Below are positions 47,661-57,977 of a stretch of DNA of 64,000 nucleotides, one piece after another. The position numbers and the translations under genes were made by a program. The DNA comes from an uncultured delta proteobacterium (lineage in GTDB: Bacteria > Myxococcota > UBA727 > VGSZ01): positions 224,001-288,000 of the forward strand of contig CAVZJB010000004.1 in assembly GCA_963775425.1 (NCBI GenBank). The letters are read 5' to 3'. How positions within the stretch are numbered: the first letter of the stretch is position 1; each line of letters begins with the position of its first letter. The notes under the pieces are model-generated. The model saw nothing but the letters and a program-made list of their open reading frames with translations, did not search any database and had not been told where the DNA came from.

Positions 47661-48797
47661 TCATGGGGCGGTGCCCGGGGTCGTGGGGCGCGCCCCGGTG
47701 GCCGCCGTGTGCACCGCGGCGCCGTCGTCGAGCTCGGCGGCGCCGGTGGTGACGACGCGCGCGCCCTCGTGGAGCTCATGGAGCCCGGCGCCCGTCGGGG
47801 CGACGGCGACACGCACACCGTCGTCGACGAGGACCTTCACCTCGACGCGGCGGACCTTGTCGCCGCCCACCACGAACACGGCGCGCGGCGGCGCCGCGCC
47901 GGTGACGCTCCTGCGCGGCACGAGCAGCGCGCCCTCGATGCGCCGGACGACGATCCGCCCGCGCACGGCGGCGCCCTCGACGAACGGCGCGCTCGCGAGC
48001 GCGACGACGACGGCGGCCTGGTGCGTCTCCGGATCCACCTGGGGATGCACCTGCACGATCTTTCCGTCGGCGGCGACGGCGTCGTCGTAGAGCGCGGCGA
48101 GGTGCACGTCGCCGCCTGCGGCGAGCCTGCCGACGTCGCGGGCCTCGACGCCGAGCCGCGCCCGCTGGGCGCCCTCGACGGCGAGGAGCACCAGCGGCGA
48201 GCCCGGCGCGACGACGTCGCCGGGCTTGGCGATGGTGGTGCGCACGAGGCCCGCGGCCGGCGCCCGGACGGTGCGCGTGCGCGTGGAGCCGTCGAACGCC
48301 GCCGCCTCCGCCTTGGCCTTGTCGAGCGCGGACTCGGCCTGCGCGACGTCTGCGTTGGTGGCGAGCCCCTTGTCGCGCTGCCCCCTGAGCCGCTTGACGT
48401 CGCGCGCGGCGTAGTCGACGTCGATGCGGGCCTTCTCGGCGTCGAGGCGTACGCTGCTCGACGGGCGCACCTCGGCGACCACCTCGCCGGCCTTCACGAC
48501 CTGCCCCGCGCGGACCAGGAGGCGCCCCACGCTCGCCTCGAGCGGGAAGCTCACCGGCACGGTGGCGTCCGGCGCGGGCTCGACGTTGCCGTACGCCTCG
48601 AGCGTGTCCTCGATGCTGCCGCGCTCGACGGCCGCCGTCTCCACGAGCGCGGAGGCCTTGACCTCGGCTTCGCCGTCGTCGTCCCCGCCTCCGCTCTTGC
48701 ACCCGCCGGCGAGCGCGAGGGCCACGACGCACGCGGCGAGGCCCGCGCGGCGGGCGACGCCGCGGCGCCCCACGGCGAGAGCGGGGCATGGCGTCAT
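47661..48797 (-). CDS. RND periplasmic adaptor (MFP) lipoprotein
   Basis: Lipobox LAGGC; V.AGQVVKAGE, VRAP.AG.V....A.PGD.V.PG, PQVDPET, VP...V. Confidence 0.9.
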   Translation of the reverse strand: MTPCPALAVGRRGVARRAGLAACVVALALAGGCKSGGGDDDGEAEVKASALVETAAVERGSIEDTLEAYGNVEPAPDATVPVSFPLEASVGRLLVRAGQVVKAGEVVAEVRPSSSVRLDAEKARIDVDYAARDVKRLRGQRDKGLATNADVAQAESALDKAKAEAAAFDGSTRTRTVRAPAAGLVRTTIAKPGDVVAPGSPLVLLAVEGAQRARLGVEARDVGRLAAGGDVHLAALYDDAVAADGKIVQVHPQVDPETHQAAVVVALASAPFVEGAAVRGRIVVRRIEGALLVPRRSVTGAAPPRAVFVVGGDKVRRVEVKVLVDDGVRVAVAPTGAGLHELHEGARVVTTGAAELDDGAAVHTAATGARPTTPGTAP

Positions 48798-50131
48798 CGG
48801 GGGCTCCCGGCCGGAGGCAGGGGAGCGCCGACGGCGGTCTGCAGCGCGATCCATTGCTCGACCTCGTCTTCGGAGAGCGCCAGCGCACGCAGCCGCGCGT
48901 CGACGAGCGCGGCGCGGACCTCGGCGCGCGTGAACAGCGTGGCGTTGCCGCTCTTCACGGCCTCGTCGAGGGCGGCGTCGGTCTTTTCGAGCAGCGGCAG
49001 GCGCGCCGCGAGCGCGTCCCGCTGCTCGCGCGCGTGCGTTCGCGCGCGCAGCAGCCGGTCGATGTCGGCGCGCACCGCTTGCAAGCGCGCGTGGTACTCG
49101 GCGCGGAGCTGGTCGCGCGTGGCGCGCTCGACGGCGACCGCGCCGCGGTTGCCGTTGAAGATCGGCACCGTGATGGACGCGCCGCCGCCGGCGGTGAAGA
49201 AGCCGCCGGGATCCCGGGCGCCCTCGACGTTGACGGTGAAGCGCGGAAACTCCCCGAGCATCGCCGCGGCCAGCGCCTGCTCCTGCCCGTCGTAGGCGCG
49301 CTCGAGCCCCACGAGGTCCGGCCGCTGGGCGCGCGCCAGCGCGAACAGGCGCGCCGTCCCCCCGGCGGCGGGCGGCGGCGACGCCACCGCGCTCACCTCG
49401 ACCGGCGTGCCGGGCGGCAGGCCCAGCGCCTGCCCGAGCAGGGCGCGCGCCTCGTCGAGGGCGCGGGAGATCTCGAGCGCGCGCGACTCCGCGTCGAGCG
49501 CCGCCACGTGCGCGATGCCGAGCGCCTCGACGGTGACGTCTCCGGTGGCACGCGCCGCGAGCGCCGCGTCGAGCAGGCGCTGGGTCGACGCGCGCGCCTC
49601 GCTGGCGACCTCGAGCTGTTGCGCGAGCGACGCCACCCGCGCCGCCTGCACCCGCGCGTCGCCGGCGACCACGATCTCCTCGTACGCGAGCGCGAGGCGG
49701 GCGGCGTCGGCGGCGAGGAGCGCGGCCTTGCGCGAGGCGCCGGCGGTGACGACGTCGCCGAGGTCCCAATCGACGCCGACGGCGGCGCCGGTGGTCTCCC
49801 CGGTGGTGGACGCCACCGGCTGCGCGACGCCGGCGGTGATGGACGGATCGGGCCACAGCCCCGCGCGCTCCGCCTCCGCGTCCTTCACCGGGAGCGCGGC
49901 GCGCGCGGCCGCGAGCTCGGGGTTGCGGGCGATCGCGAGGCGACCGGCGTCGTCGACGGTGATGCGCCCGGGCACCGGCGGCAGGGGGCCGTTCGCGACG
50001 GGACGATCGACGTCGAGCGCGGCGAGGCCGGCCTCCGCGTCGGCCGTGACGCAGCCTCCCGAGAGCGCGGAGAGCGCGCAGAGCGCGGCGAGCGCGTTGC
50101 GCGCGTTGAGCGCTTTCAGTGCGGTGCTCAT
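48794..50131 (-). CDS. TolC-family outer-membrane factor
   Basis: Lipobox LSGGC; A..RNPEL.AAR, A.AQRPDL, SITVPIFNGNRG. Confidence 0.9.
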   Translation of the reverse strand: MSTALKALNARNALAALCALSALSGGCVTADAEAGLAALDVDRPVANGPLPPVPGRITVDDAGRLAIARNPELAAARAALPVKDAEAERAGLWPDPSITAGVAQPVASTTGETTGAAVGVDWDLGDVVTAGASRKAALLAADAARLALAYEEIVVAGDARVQAARVASLAQQLEVASEARASTQRLLDAALAARATGDVTVEALGIAHVAALDAESRALEISRALDEARALLGQALGLPPGTPVEVSAVASPPPAAGGTARLFALARAQRPDLVGLERAYDGQEQALAAAMLGEFPRFTVNVEGARDPGGFFTAGGGASITVPIFNGNRGAVAVERATRDQLRAEYHARLQAVRADIDRLLRARTHAREQRDALAARLPLLEKTDAALDEAVKSGNATLFTRAEVRAALVDARLRALALSEDEVEQWIALQTAVGAPLPPAGSPR

Positions 50132-51210
50132 GCCGCCGCCACCGTGAGCGAGAACGTGCAGCCCTCTTCGCGGGGCGCGACGACGAGGTCGCCGCCGAGG
50201 CCGCGCGCGATGTCGCGGGCGAGCGGCAGGCCGAGGCCGAAGCCCGCGGTCGCGCCCCGCGTGTCGCTGCCGCGGTAGAAGCGCTCGAACACGCGGGCGC
50301 GCTCGTCGGCGGCGAGCCCCGGGCCGTCGTCGCTGACGTCGACGCGGACGGCGCCGGCGTCGCAGGCGACGCCGACCACGACGACGCTGCCCTCGGGCGC
50401 GTACTTGCACGCGTTGTCGACGAGGTTGGCCACGGCCCGCGACAGCCACGTCTCGTCGGCGCGTGCCATCGCGCCGCCCGGCGGCGGAGGGGTCAAGGCG
50501 ATGCGCAGGTCGCGCACGGCGGCGACGGCGGCGTAGGCGTCTGCGACGCCCGCGACGACGGCGACGACGTCGACGGGTCTTCGTTCGAGCGCGAGCTGCC
50601 CGCCGTCGGCGCGCGCGAGCGTCAGGAGCGACTCGACGAGGGCCGAGAGCTTGCCGACGTCCTCGAGCGCGCCTCCGATGGTGGCGGCGAGCTCCGCGGG
50701 CTCCCGCGGCCGCCGCAGCGCGAGCTCGAGGTTGCCGCTCAGGATGGACAGCGGCGTGCGCAGCTCGTGCGAGGCGTCGGCCGTGAAGCGGCGCAGCCCC
50801 TCCACGCTCTTTTCGAGCCGTTCGAGCATCGCGTTCAACGCCTGCACGAGCGCGCCGACCTCGCCGCTCACGCCGGGCTCGAGGGCGATGCGGCGCTCGA
50901 GGTCGCGCGCGTCGAGCGACGCGGCGACGTCGATGATTCGTTCGAGCGGCGCAAGCTCGCGCCGAGACAGCGCCCAGCCGCCGCCCACCGCGACCAGGAG
51001 CGCCGCCGGCAGCGCCGCCGCCAGCGACGCCGCCAGGTGCTGCCCCGCGACGTGCGCCTCGGCCTGCTCCTCGGCGTCTGCGCCTTCGAGCGCGTCGGGC
51101 TCGACGACGGCGACGACGTAGACGACGGCGCTGAACGCCACGAGCACGAGGGTGAGCACCGCGCCGTACCAGAGCGCGAGACGACCGCGGAGGGTGCGCG
51201 GCAGCCCCAT
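50128..51210 (-). CDS. Sensor histidine kinase (HAMP-HisKA-HATPase)
   Basis: Two TMs, FTADASHELRTPL, NLVDNACKY, VSDDGPG, FERFYR, GFGLGL. Confidence 0.95.
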   Translation of the reverse strand: MGLPRTLRGRLALWYGAVLTLVLVAFSAVVYVVAVVEPDALEGADAEEQAEAHVAGQHLAASLAAALPAALLVAVGGGWALSRRELAPLERIIDVAASLDARDLERRIALEPGVSGEVGALVQALNAMLERLEKSVEGLRRFTADASHELRTPLSILSGNLELALRRPREPAELAATIGGALEDVGKLSALVESLLTLARADGGQLALERRPVDVVAVVAGVADAYAAVAAVRDLRIALTPPPPGGAMARADETWLSRAVANLVDNACKYAPEGSVVVVGVACDAGAVRVDVSDDGPGLAADERARVFERFYRGSDTRGATAGFGLGLPLARDIARGLGGDLVVAPREEGCTFSLTVAAA

Positions 51211-51213
51211 GCG

Positions 51214-51891
51214 TCACCCGCCCGGCGCGCTCAAGCGATACCCGACGCCGCGGACGGTATCGATGAGCGACGCTTCGCCGGGGCGATCGAGCTTCTTGCG
51301 CAGGTGCGCGACGTGGACGTCGACGATGTTGGTGCCGGGATCGAAGCCGTAGCCGAAGACGAGGTCCAGGACCGCGCGGCGGCTGACGACCTCCCCGGGC
51401 CGGCGCATGAGGATCTCGAGCAGCGCGAACTGCTTGGCGGACAGCGCCACGTCCACCCCGGCGCGCTCGACGCGGTGCCGCGCGACGTCGAGCACGAGAT
51501 CCGCGCAGCGAAGCACGCCCTCGTCGCCGTGCCCGCCGCGCCGCACGAGCGCCCGCAGCCGCGCGGTGAGCTCGGCGAAGGCGAAGGGCTTCACGAGGTA
51601 GTCGTCGGCGCCGGCCTCGAGCCCGCGCACGCGATCGGGGACGCCGTCGCGCGCGGTGAGCATGAGGATCGGGATGCGCACGCCGTCGGCCCGCGCGCGC
51701 GAGAGCACGTCGAGGCCGTCGAGCCCCGGCAGGCGTCCGTCGAGGACGCACACGTCGTGCGCCGCCGCCGAGAGGCGCGCGAGGCCGGCCTCGCCGTCGA
51801 CGACCTGCTCGACCGCGAAGCCCTCCTCGACGAGCCCACGCGCGAGCATGTCGCCGAGCCGCGCGTCGTCTTCCACGAGCAGGAGCCGCAT
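51214..51891 (-). CDS. OmpR-family response regulator
   Basis: MRLLLVEDD, LDGRLPGLDG, LMLTARD, GADDYLVKPF, NIVDVHV..LRKKL, TVRGVGY. Confidence 0.96.
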   Translation of the reverse strand: MRLLLVEDDARLGDMLARGLVEEGFAVEQVVDGEAGLARLSAAAHDVCVLDGRLPGLDGLDVLSRARADGVRIPILMLTARDGVPDRVRGLEAGADDYLVKPFAFAELTARLRALVRRGGHGDEGVLRCADLVLDVARHRVERAGVDVALSAKQFALLEILMRRPGEVVSRRAVLDLVFGYGFDPGTNIVDVHVAHLRKKLDRPGEASLIDTVRGVGYRLSAPGG

Positions 51892-52042
51892 GGGTCGACC
51901 GTAGCCGGTGGACGCGCGCGCGGGCGCTTTGTTCATCGAATCTTCATCCTCGCCGCGCGGTTGTAGCCGCGCTCCGTGGGGGCGACAACCGCGCGGTGCC
52001 CACGACGACGTCCGGGCCGTCGGCGGGCGCGGCGGGGCCGGC

Positions 52043-52417
52043 TCAGGGCACCTCTTCGCAGGCCCGCTGGTCGGCGGGACAGACGCACGCGCAGGCGACG
52101 TGGCAGGACGCCCTCGCGCGACGCTCCTCGTCCTGCTCCCAGGGCAGCGGCGCGGTGCCGCTGCACGACAGCGCCTGCTGGTAGACGCAGCCGTTGGCGG
52201 CGCACGTGGACGCGGCCGTCGCCGCCGTGCCCTCCGGCTCCGCGCAGCACACGTCGGCGCGCACGTGCCAGGTGCGCTCGTCCGGACCGACGAACGTCGT
52301 GGTGCTCGCGCAGGCGACGAAGGCGGCGCCGGCGAAGGTGGCGCCGGCGACGACGGCGACGAGGCCGGCGGCGGCCACGACACCAGGGAGCGTGCCCGCG
52401 CGGGTCAGGCGCGCCAC
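52043..52417 (-). CDS. Small Cys-rich putative lipoprotein
   Basis: Hydrophobic stretch ending FVAC, then about 10 Cys in roughly 90 aa; start uncertain (52417 or 52378). Confidence 0.55.
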   Translation of the reverse strand: MARLTRAGTLPGVVAAAGLVAVVAGATFAGAAFVACASTTTFVGPDERTWHVRADVCCAEPEGTAATAASTCAANGCVYQQALSCSGTAPLPWEQDEERRARASCHVACACVCPADQRACEEVP

Positions 52418-52953
52418 TTGATGCTGCAGCCGACGGAGGGGTTCTGGGCGCTCGAGGGCGCGTGGCCTGCGAGGAGCGCGTCCACCGCCTCCTTCAGCTC
52501 GCGGCGCGTGACCTTCTCGGGCTCCTTCCAGTTGTCGTCGAGGCGGCCGCGATACCTGAGCGCGCGATCCTTGTCGTACAGGAAGAAGTCCGGCGTGCAC
52601 ACGGCGCCGAACGCGCGCGCCACGTCCTGCGATTCGTCGTGCAGATATGGAAACGGCATCGCCTTTTCGCGCCAGCGCGCCGCGAGCTTGTCGAAGGCGT
52701 CGTCGGGGTAGCTCGCGGCGTCGTTCGAGCACACGGCGACGATCTGGAGCTGTGCCTGCGGGAGCTCGTTCTGCAGGGCGATGATCCGATCTTCCACGGC
52801 GCGCGCGTAGGGACAGTGGTTGCAGGTGAAGACCACCAACAGGCACTCCGGCGCGGCGAAGTCGCTCTTTTGGTACGTGCGCCCGTCGACGGCGGGTAGG
52901 AGGAATTCCGGGCATGGCCCGCCGAGCTCGTGAGGAGGTGATGAGACCGCCAT
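52405..52953 (-). CDS. Thioredoxin-like redoxin (AhpC/TSA family)
   Basis: FTCNHCPY, SND...YP.D.F, FPYL.DESQ.VA..FGA.CTPDFF, YRGR.DD, PS.GCSIKW. Confidence 0.92.
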   Translation of the reverse strand: MAVSSPPHELGGPCPEFLLPAVDGRTYQKSDFAAPECLLVVFTCNHCPYARAVEDRIIALQNELPQAQLQIVAVCSNDAASYPDDAFDKLAARWREKAMPFPYLHDESQDVARAFGAVCTPDFFLYDKDRALRYRGRLDDNWKEPEKVTRRELKEAVDALLAGHAPSSAQNPSVGCSIKWRA

Positions 52954-53023
52954 CGCGCGTGGTTAACACACTCGTCGGCGACGCAAACGCCATCAAACGT
53001 TGTTCGAGCGGGCTCCAACCGCT

Positions 53024-56000
53024 ATGCCTCCCATCGTGACGACGAGAACCACCCGACTGACCACCGCCGACGTACGCGACCTCCTCGCGGAGCGCGTCGT
53101 CGTGTTCGACGGCGCCATGGGCACACAGCTCCAGGCCCGCAACCTCACCGCAGCCGACTTCGGCGGAGAGGCGTACGCCGGCTGCAACGAGAACCTCGTG
53201 CTCACGCGGCCCGACGTCGTCGCCGACGTGCACCGCGCCTACTACGAGGCCGGCTGTGACTTCGTCGAGACCGACACGTTCGGCGGCACGCCGCTCGTCC
53301 TCGCCGAGTACGACCTCGCCGACAAAGCGCTCGCGATCAACGAGGGCGCGGCGCGCATCGCGCGCGACGTCGCCGAGGAGCTCCAGGCCAAGGACGGGCG
53401 GACGCGATGGGTGGCCGGCTCCATGGGGCCCACCACGCGCTCCATCTCCGTCACCGGCGGCATCACCTTCGACGAGATGGCCGAGACGTACACCGTGCAG
53501 GCCGAGGGCCTGTTGCGCGGCGGCGCCGACGTGCTCGTTCTCGAGACCAGCCTCGACACCTTGAACGTCAAGGCCGGCATCGTGGGCATCGAGCGCGCCG
53601 AGCAGAAGCTCGGCATCGAGGTGCCGCTGATGCTGTCGTGCACCATCGAGCAGACCGGCACCATGCTCGGCGGTCAGACCGCCGAGGCGTTCCACGTCTC
53701 CGTGGAGCACGCGGCCCGCCGCAACAAGCGCGGCGGCCTGGTCTCCGTCGGGCTCAACTGCGCCACGGGCCCCGATCCCATGGCGGATCACGTGCGCGCG
53801 CTCTCGGCGCTGTCGTCGTTCGCGGTGTCGTGCATGCCCAACGCCGGCCTCCCCGACGAGGACGGGCGCTATGGAGAGACGCCGGAGTCGCTCGCCAGGA
53901 AGGTCGGGCGCTTCCTCGACAACGGCTTCTTGAACGTGATCGGCGGCTGCTGCGGCACCACCCCCGCGCACGTCGTGGCGCTCGCCGCGGCGGCGCGCGC
54001 GCACAAGCCGCGGCCCATCGCGGCCCGGCGGGCGGCGTGGGTCTCGGGCATCGAGGCGGTGGACCTCGACGAGGTCAGGCCCGTCATCGTCGGCGAGCGC
54101 ACCAACGTCATCGGCTCGCGCGCCTTCAAGCGCCTCGTGGTCGAGGGCAAGTGGGACGAGGCCGCCGAGATCGGGCGCAAGCAGGTGCGCGGCGGTGCTC
54201 ACGTCGTCGACGTCTGCCTCGCCAACCCGGACCGCGACGAGCGCAGCGACGTCATCACGTTCATCGAGCAGCTCGCCAAGAAGGTGAAGGCGCCGCTCAT
54301 GATCGACTCCACCGACGCCGACGTCATCGAGGAGGCGCTCAAGCGCAGCCAGGGCAAGGCCATCGTCAACTCCATCAACCTCGAAGACGGCCTCGCGCGC
54401 TTCGAGCGCGTGGTGCCGCTGCTCCGGCGCTACGGCGCCGCCGTCGTGGTCGGCTGCATCGACGAAGATCCCGAGCAGGGCATGGCGGTCACGCGCGAGC
54501 GCAAGGTGGCCGTGGCCGAGCGCTCGCTGCGGATCCTCACCGAGCAGTTCGGCGTCGCGGCCGAGGACATCATCTTCGACCCGCTGGTGTTCCCCATCGG
54601 CACCGGCGACGCGCAGTACATCGGCTCCGCCAAGGAGACCATCGAAGGCGTCCGCGCCATCAAGCAGCGCTTCCCCGCCACCAAGACCATCCTCGGCATC
54701 AGCAACGTGAGCTTCGGCCTCCCCGAGGCGGGGCGCGAGGTGCTCAACACGGTGTTCCTGCACCGCTGCTTCGAGGCCGGCCTCGACATGGCCATCGTCA
54801 ACGCCGAGAAGCTCGAGCGCGTCACGCACCTCGACAAGGCCGAGGTGGCGCTCTCCAACGCCCTCATCGACGCCGACGCCGCCGGCTACAAAGCCGCCCT
54901 CGACGCGTTCGCCACGCACTTCAAGGGCAAGGCCGCCGGTCCCAAGAAGGTGAGCCGCCGCGCCGAGCTCCCGCTCGACGAGCGGCTGGCGCAAAACGTC
55001 GTCGAGGGGTCGCGCGAGGGCCTCGTCGACGACCTCGACATCGCGCTCAAGGACCGCAAGCCCCTCGACATCATCAACGGCCCGCTCATGGCGGGCATGA
55101 GCGAGGTCGGCCGCCTCTTCGGGCTGAACCAGCTCATCGTCGCCGAGGTGCTTCAGTCGGCGGAGGTCATGAAGGCGGCGGTGGCGCACCTCGAGCCGCA
55201 CCTGAAGGCGGACACGTCGGGCGCCAGCGCCACCAAGGCGAAGCTGATCCTCGCCACCGTGCGCGGCGACGTGCACGACATCGGCAAGAACCTCGTCGAC
55301 ATCATCCTGTCCAACAACGGCTTCGACGTCGTCAACCTCGGCATCAAGGTGCCCGCGGCGGAGCTCGTGAAGGCCGTGGAGAAGCACAAGCCGGACTTCA
55401 TCGGCCTGTCGGGGCTCCTCGTGAAGAGCGCGCAGGAGATGGTGGCCACGGCGGACGAGCTGCGCGCGCACGGCATCGATCTGCCCATCTTCGTCGGCGG
55501 CGCCGCGCTCACGGAGAAGTTCACCTACGGCCGCATCGCCGCCGCCTACGGAGGTCCGGTGGTCTATGCGCGCTCCGCGATGACCGGCCTCGACCTCGCC
55601 AACCGCCTCTTCGACGACGGCAAGCGCGACGCGCTCCTCGCCGACCTCCAGGCCAAGCGCGCCGAGGCCAGCGCTCCCGCGGGCGACAAGCCCGCGCCCG
55701 GCGCGGTCGCGCTCCCGAGCGCGGCCGACAAGGGGCCGCTCGTCATCAAGCACGACGAGGAGGCGCCGCGGCCGCCGGACACCGAGGTCCACGTGCTCAA
55801 GCCGCCGCTCGAGGAGATTCTGGTCGTACATCAACCCCATGATGCTCTACGCGCGTCACCTCGGGCTCAAGGGCAACGTCGACGAGCTCATCGCCAAGGG
55901 CGACGGCAAGGCCAAGGAGCTCAAGCAGATCGTGAAGGCGCTCGAGGACGAGGTGCTGGCCAAGGACCTCGTCGAGGCCCGCGCGCTCTACCGCTTCTTC

Positions 56001-56531
56001 CCCGCGCGCTCCGAGGGCGACACCCTCGTCGTCGGCGACGCCCGCTTCACCTTCCCGCGCCAGGCCGCCGGTGAGCGCCGCTGCCTCGCGGACCTCGTGC
56101 CGCCGAGCGGCGGCTTCGTGGGCGCGCTGGTGACCACGTGCCAGGGCAAGCGCGAGCCCGTGCGCGCCATCGCCGCGCGGATGAAGGACCGCGGCGAGCT
56201 CCTGAAGTCGCACGCGTTCGCCGCGCTCGCCATCGAGACGGCCGAGGGCTGCGCCGAGTGGCTGCACGAGAAGATCCGCGCCATGTGGGGCTTCGCCGAT
56301 CCCGCGGGGACGTCCAAGAAGGACCTGTTCTCGGCGCGCTACCGCGGCAAGCGCTACAGCTTCGGCTACCCCGCCTGCCCCAACCTCGAGGACCAGGCCC
56401 CGCTGTGGAAGCTCCTCGAGCCCAACAAGCACGTGGGCGTCGAGCTCACCGACGGGTTCATGATGGACCCCGAGGCAAGCGTGAGCGCGCTCGTGTTCTC
56501 GCACCCGCAGGCGGCCTACTTCTCGGTGTAG
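53024..56531 (+). CDS. metH: Cobalamin-dependent methionine synthase with one apparent +1 frameshift at about 55818
   Basis: FDGAMGT, GLNCATG, PNAGLP, GGCCGT, GERTNV, DVHDIGKN, RYSFGYPACP. The two ORFs join as EEI-WSYINPMMLY if one T is removed from GAGATTCTGG (1168 aa). Confidence 0.93.
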
Positions 56532-56624
56532 GCGGCGGCCGCTTCGCCGCGCGGCGCGCCCGGGTCGGCGCGGGGAGAAACGCCCGCTCTACACGCGGAG
56601 CGCCGCGGCGATCTAGCGTCGGGG

Positions 56625-57977
56625 ATGGCACCCACCGTCGCCCTGTACCGCGGCCGCTTCAATCCTCCGGGCCTGCACCACGTGGAGGGGCTCCGGGCGT
56701 TGCTCGCCCAGTTCGATCGCGTCGTGGTCATGCCCTGGGGGCCGATGTCCGATCGGCCCATCGACGAGAACATCGCCCCCACCTTCCGCGCGCTCCTGAT
56801 CGACGTCGCCTTTCAGCACCTCGACCCGCGCCTCGTCGTGGACCTCACCGACATCGAGCAGGCCACCATCACCGGCCCCGCCGAGGTCGAGCAGGAAAAC
56901 CCCCACCTGCAGGGCGCCGAGGTCTTCCACGTCATCGAGGCCGAGTCGTTCGCGGCGGAGCGCCGGCGCCTTCACCCGGGCGCGCGCTTCGCCGTGCTCG
57001 CGCCCGAGGGCGCGCCGGTGCCGGACGGCGACTTCCCCGTCGTGCGCGTGCACACCGACGTCGCCGGCTCGGTCATGCGCAAGCGCCTGTACGCGGGCCA
57101 ATCCATCGCCGACCTCGTCCCCGCCGGCGTCGCCGCCGCCGTCGCGCGCTACGGGCTCTACCGGGGGATCCCGCGCTCCACCACGCGCCTGCGCATCGCA
57201 GAGCCGCGGCTGTTGCTCGTGGCCGACGAGCGAAACCCGAAGGCCATGATGTGGCGCGAGCGCTTCGCGCGCTTCGCCGTCGACGTCGACCCCAACCTCG
57301 TCGTGGTCTTTGGCGGCGACGGCTCCATGCTGCACGCCATTCAACAGCACTGGCGCAAGCGCGTGCCCTTCTTCGGCGTCAACACCGGGCACCTCGGCTT
57401 CCTGCTGAACGACCCGCAGCTCATCGGCGACGACGAAGACGCCGTCGCCGCGCTCTTCGAGCAACAGCTCCTCGCGCACCACATGCCCATGCTCCACGTC
57501 GAGCTGCTCGCCCGGGGCGACGGCTGGCGCTCGGGGCTGACGTTCAACGACGCCTGGATCGAGCGGGCCACCGGTCAGAGCGCGTGGGTCGAGGTGCACG
57601 TCGACGACCACGTCCGCATGCCCAAGGTCGTCTGCGACGGCGTCCTCGTCTCCACCGCCGCCGGCTCCACGGCCTATGCGCGCTCCATGGGGGCCTCGCC
57701 GCTGCTCGCCGACACACCCGCGTGGCTCCTCGTCGGCAGCAACGTGATGGAGCCCATCCTGTGGAAGAGCTCCCTGTTGTCGACGTCGTCCACGGTGCTC
57801 GTGCGCTCGCTCGACCCCGACAAGCGGCCGCTCAACGGCTTCCTGCACGGCGTGTCGCACGGCGAGGTCATCGAGATGCGCGCCCGCCACAGCCGCGCGG
57901 CCTCGGTGGAGCTCGCGTTCCTCGGCGCGCACGACATGGCCGAGAAGATCGCGAGCATTCAGTTCCCTGTCGGCTGA
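56625..57977 (+). CDS. Fusion of a NadD-like nucleotidyltransferase domain and an NAD(+) kinase
   Basis: N-half YRGRFNPPGLHH ... VMRKRLYAGQSIADLVP..V....RYGLYR; C-half GGDGSML, GVNTGHLGFL, FND, DGVLVSTAAGSTAY. Confidence 0.85.
   Translation: MAPTVALYRGRFNPPGLHHVEGLRALLAQFDRVVVMPWGPMSDRPIDENIAPTFRALLIDVAFQHLDPRLVVDLTDIEQATITGPAEVEQENPHLQGAEVFHVIEAESFAAERRRLHPGARFAVLAPEGAPVPDGDFPVVRVHTDVAGSVMRKRLYAGQSIADLVPAGVAAAVARYGLYRGIPRSTTRLRIAEPRLLLVADERNPKAMMWRERFARFAVDVDPNLVVVFGGDGSMLHAIQQHWRKRVPFFGVNTGHLGFLLNDPQLIGDDEDAVAALFEQQLLAHHMPMLHVELLARGDGWRSGLTFNDAWIERATGQSAWVEVHVDDHVRMPKVVCDGVLVSTAAGSTAYARSMGASPLLADTPAWLLVGSNVMEPILWKSSLLSTSSTVLVRSLDPDKRPLNGFLHGVSHGEVIEMRARHSRAASVELAFLGAHDMAEKIASIQFPVG

Noticed and set aside
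52954-53023. SAM or cobalamin riboswitch upstream of metH
   Set aside because: The gap is only about 70 bp, shared with a divergent gene, and no riboswitch consensus is visible.
53024-56531. metH as a true pseudogene or a naturally split enzyme
   Set aside because: There is a single one-base lesion with all motifs intact, in the same context as two other frameshifts; an artefact is more parsimonious until reads are checked.
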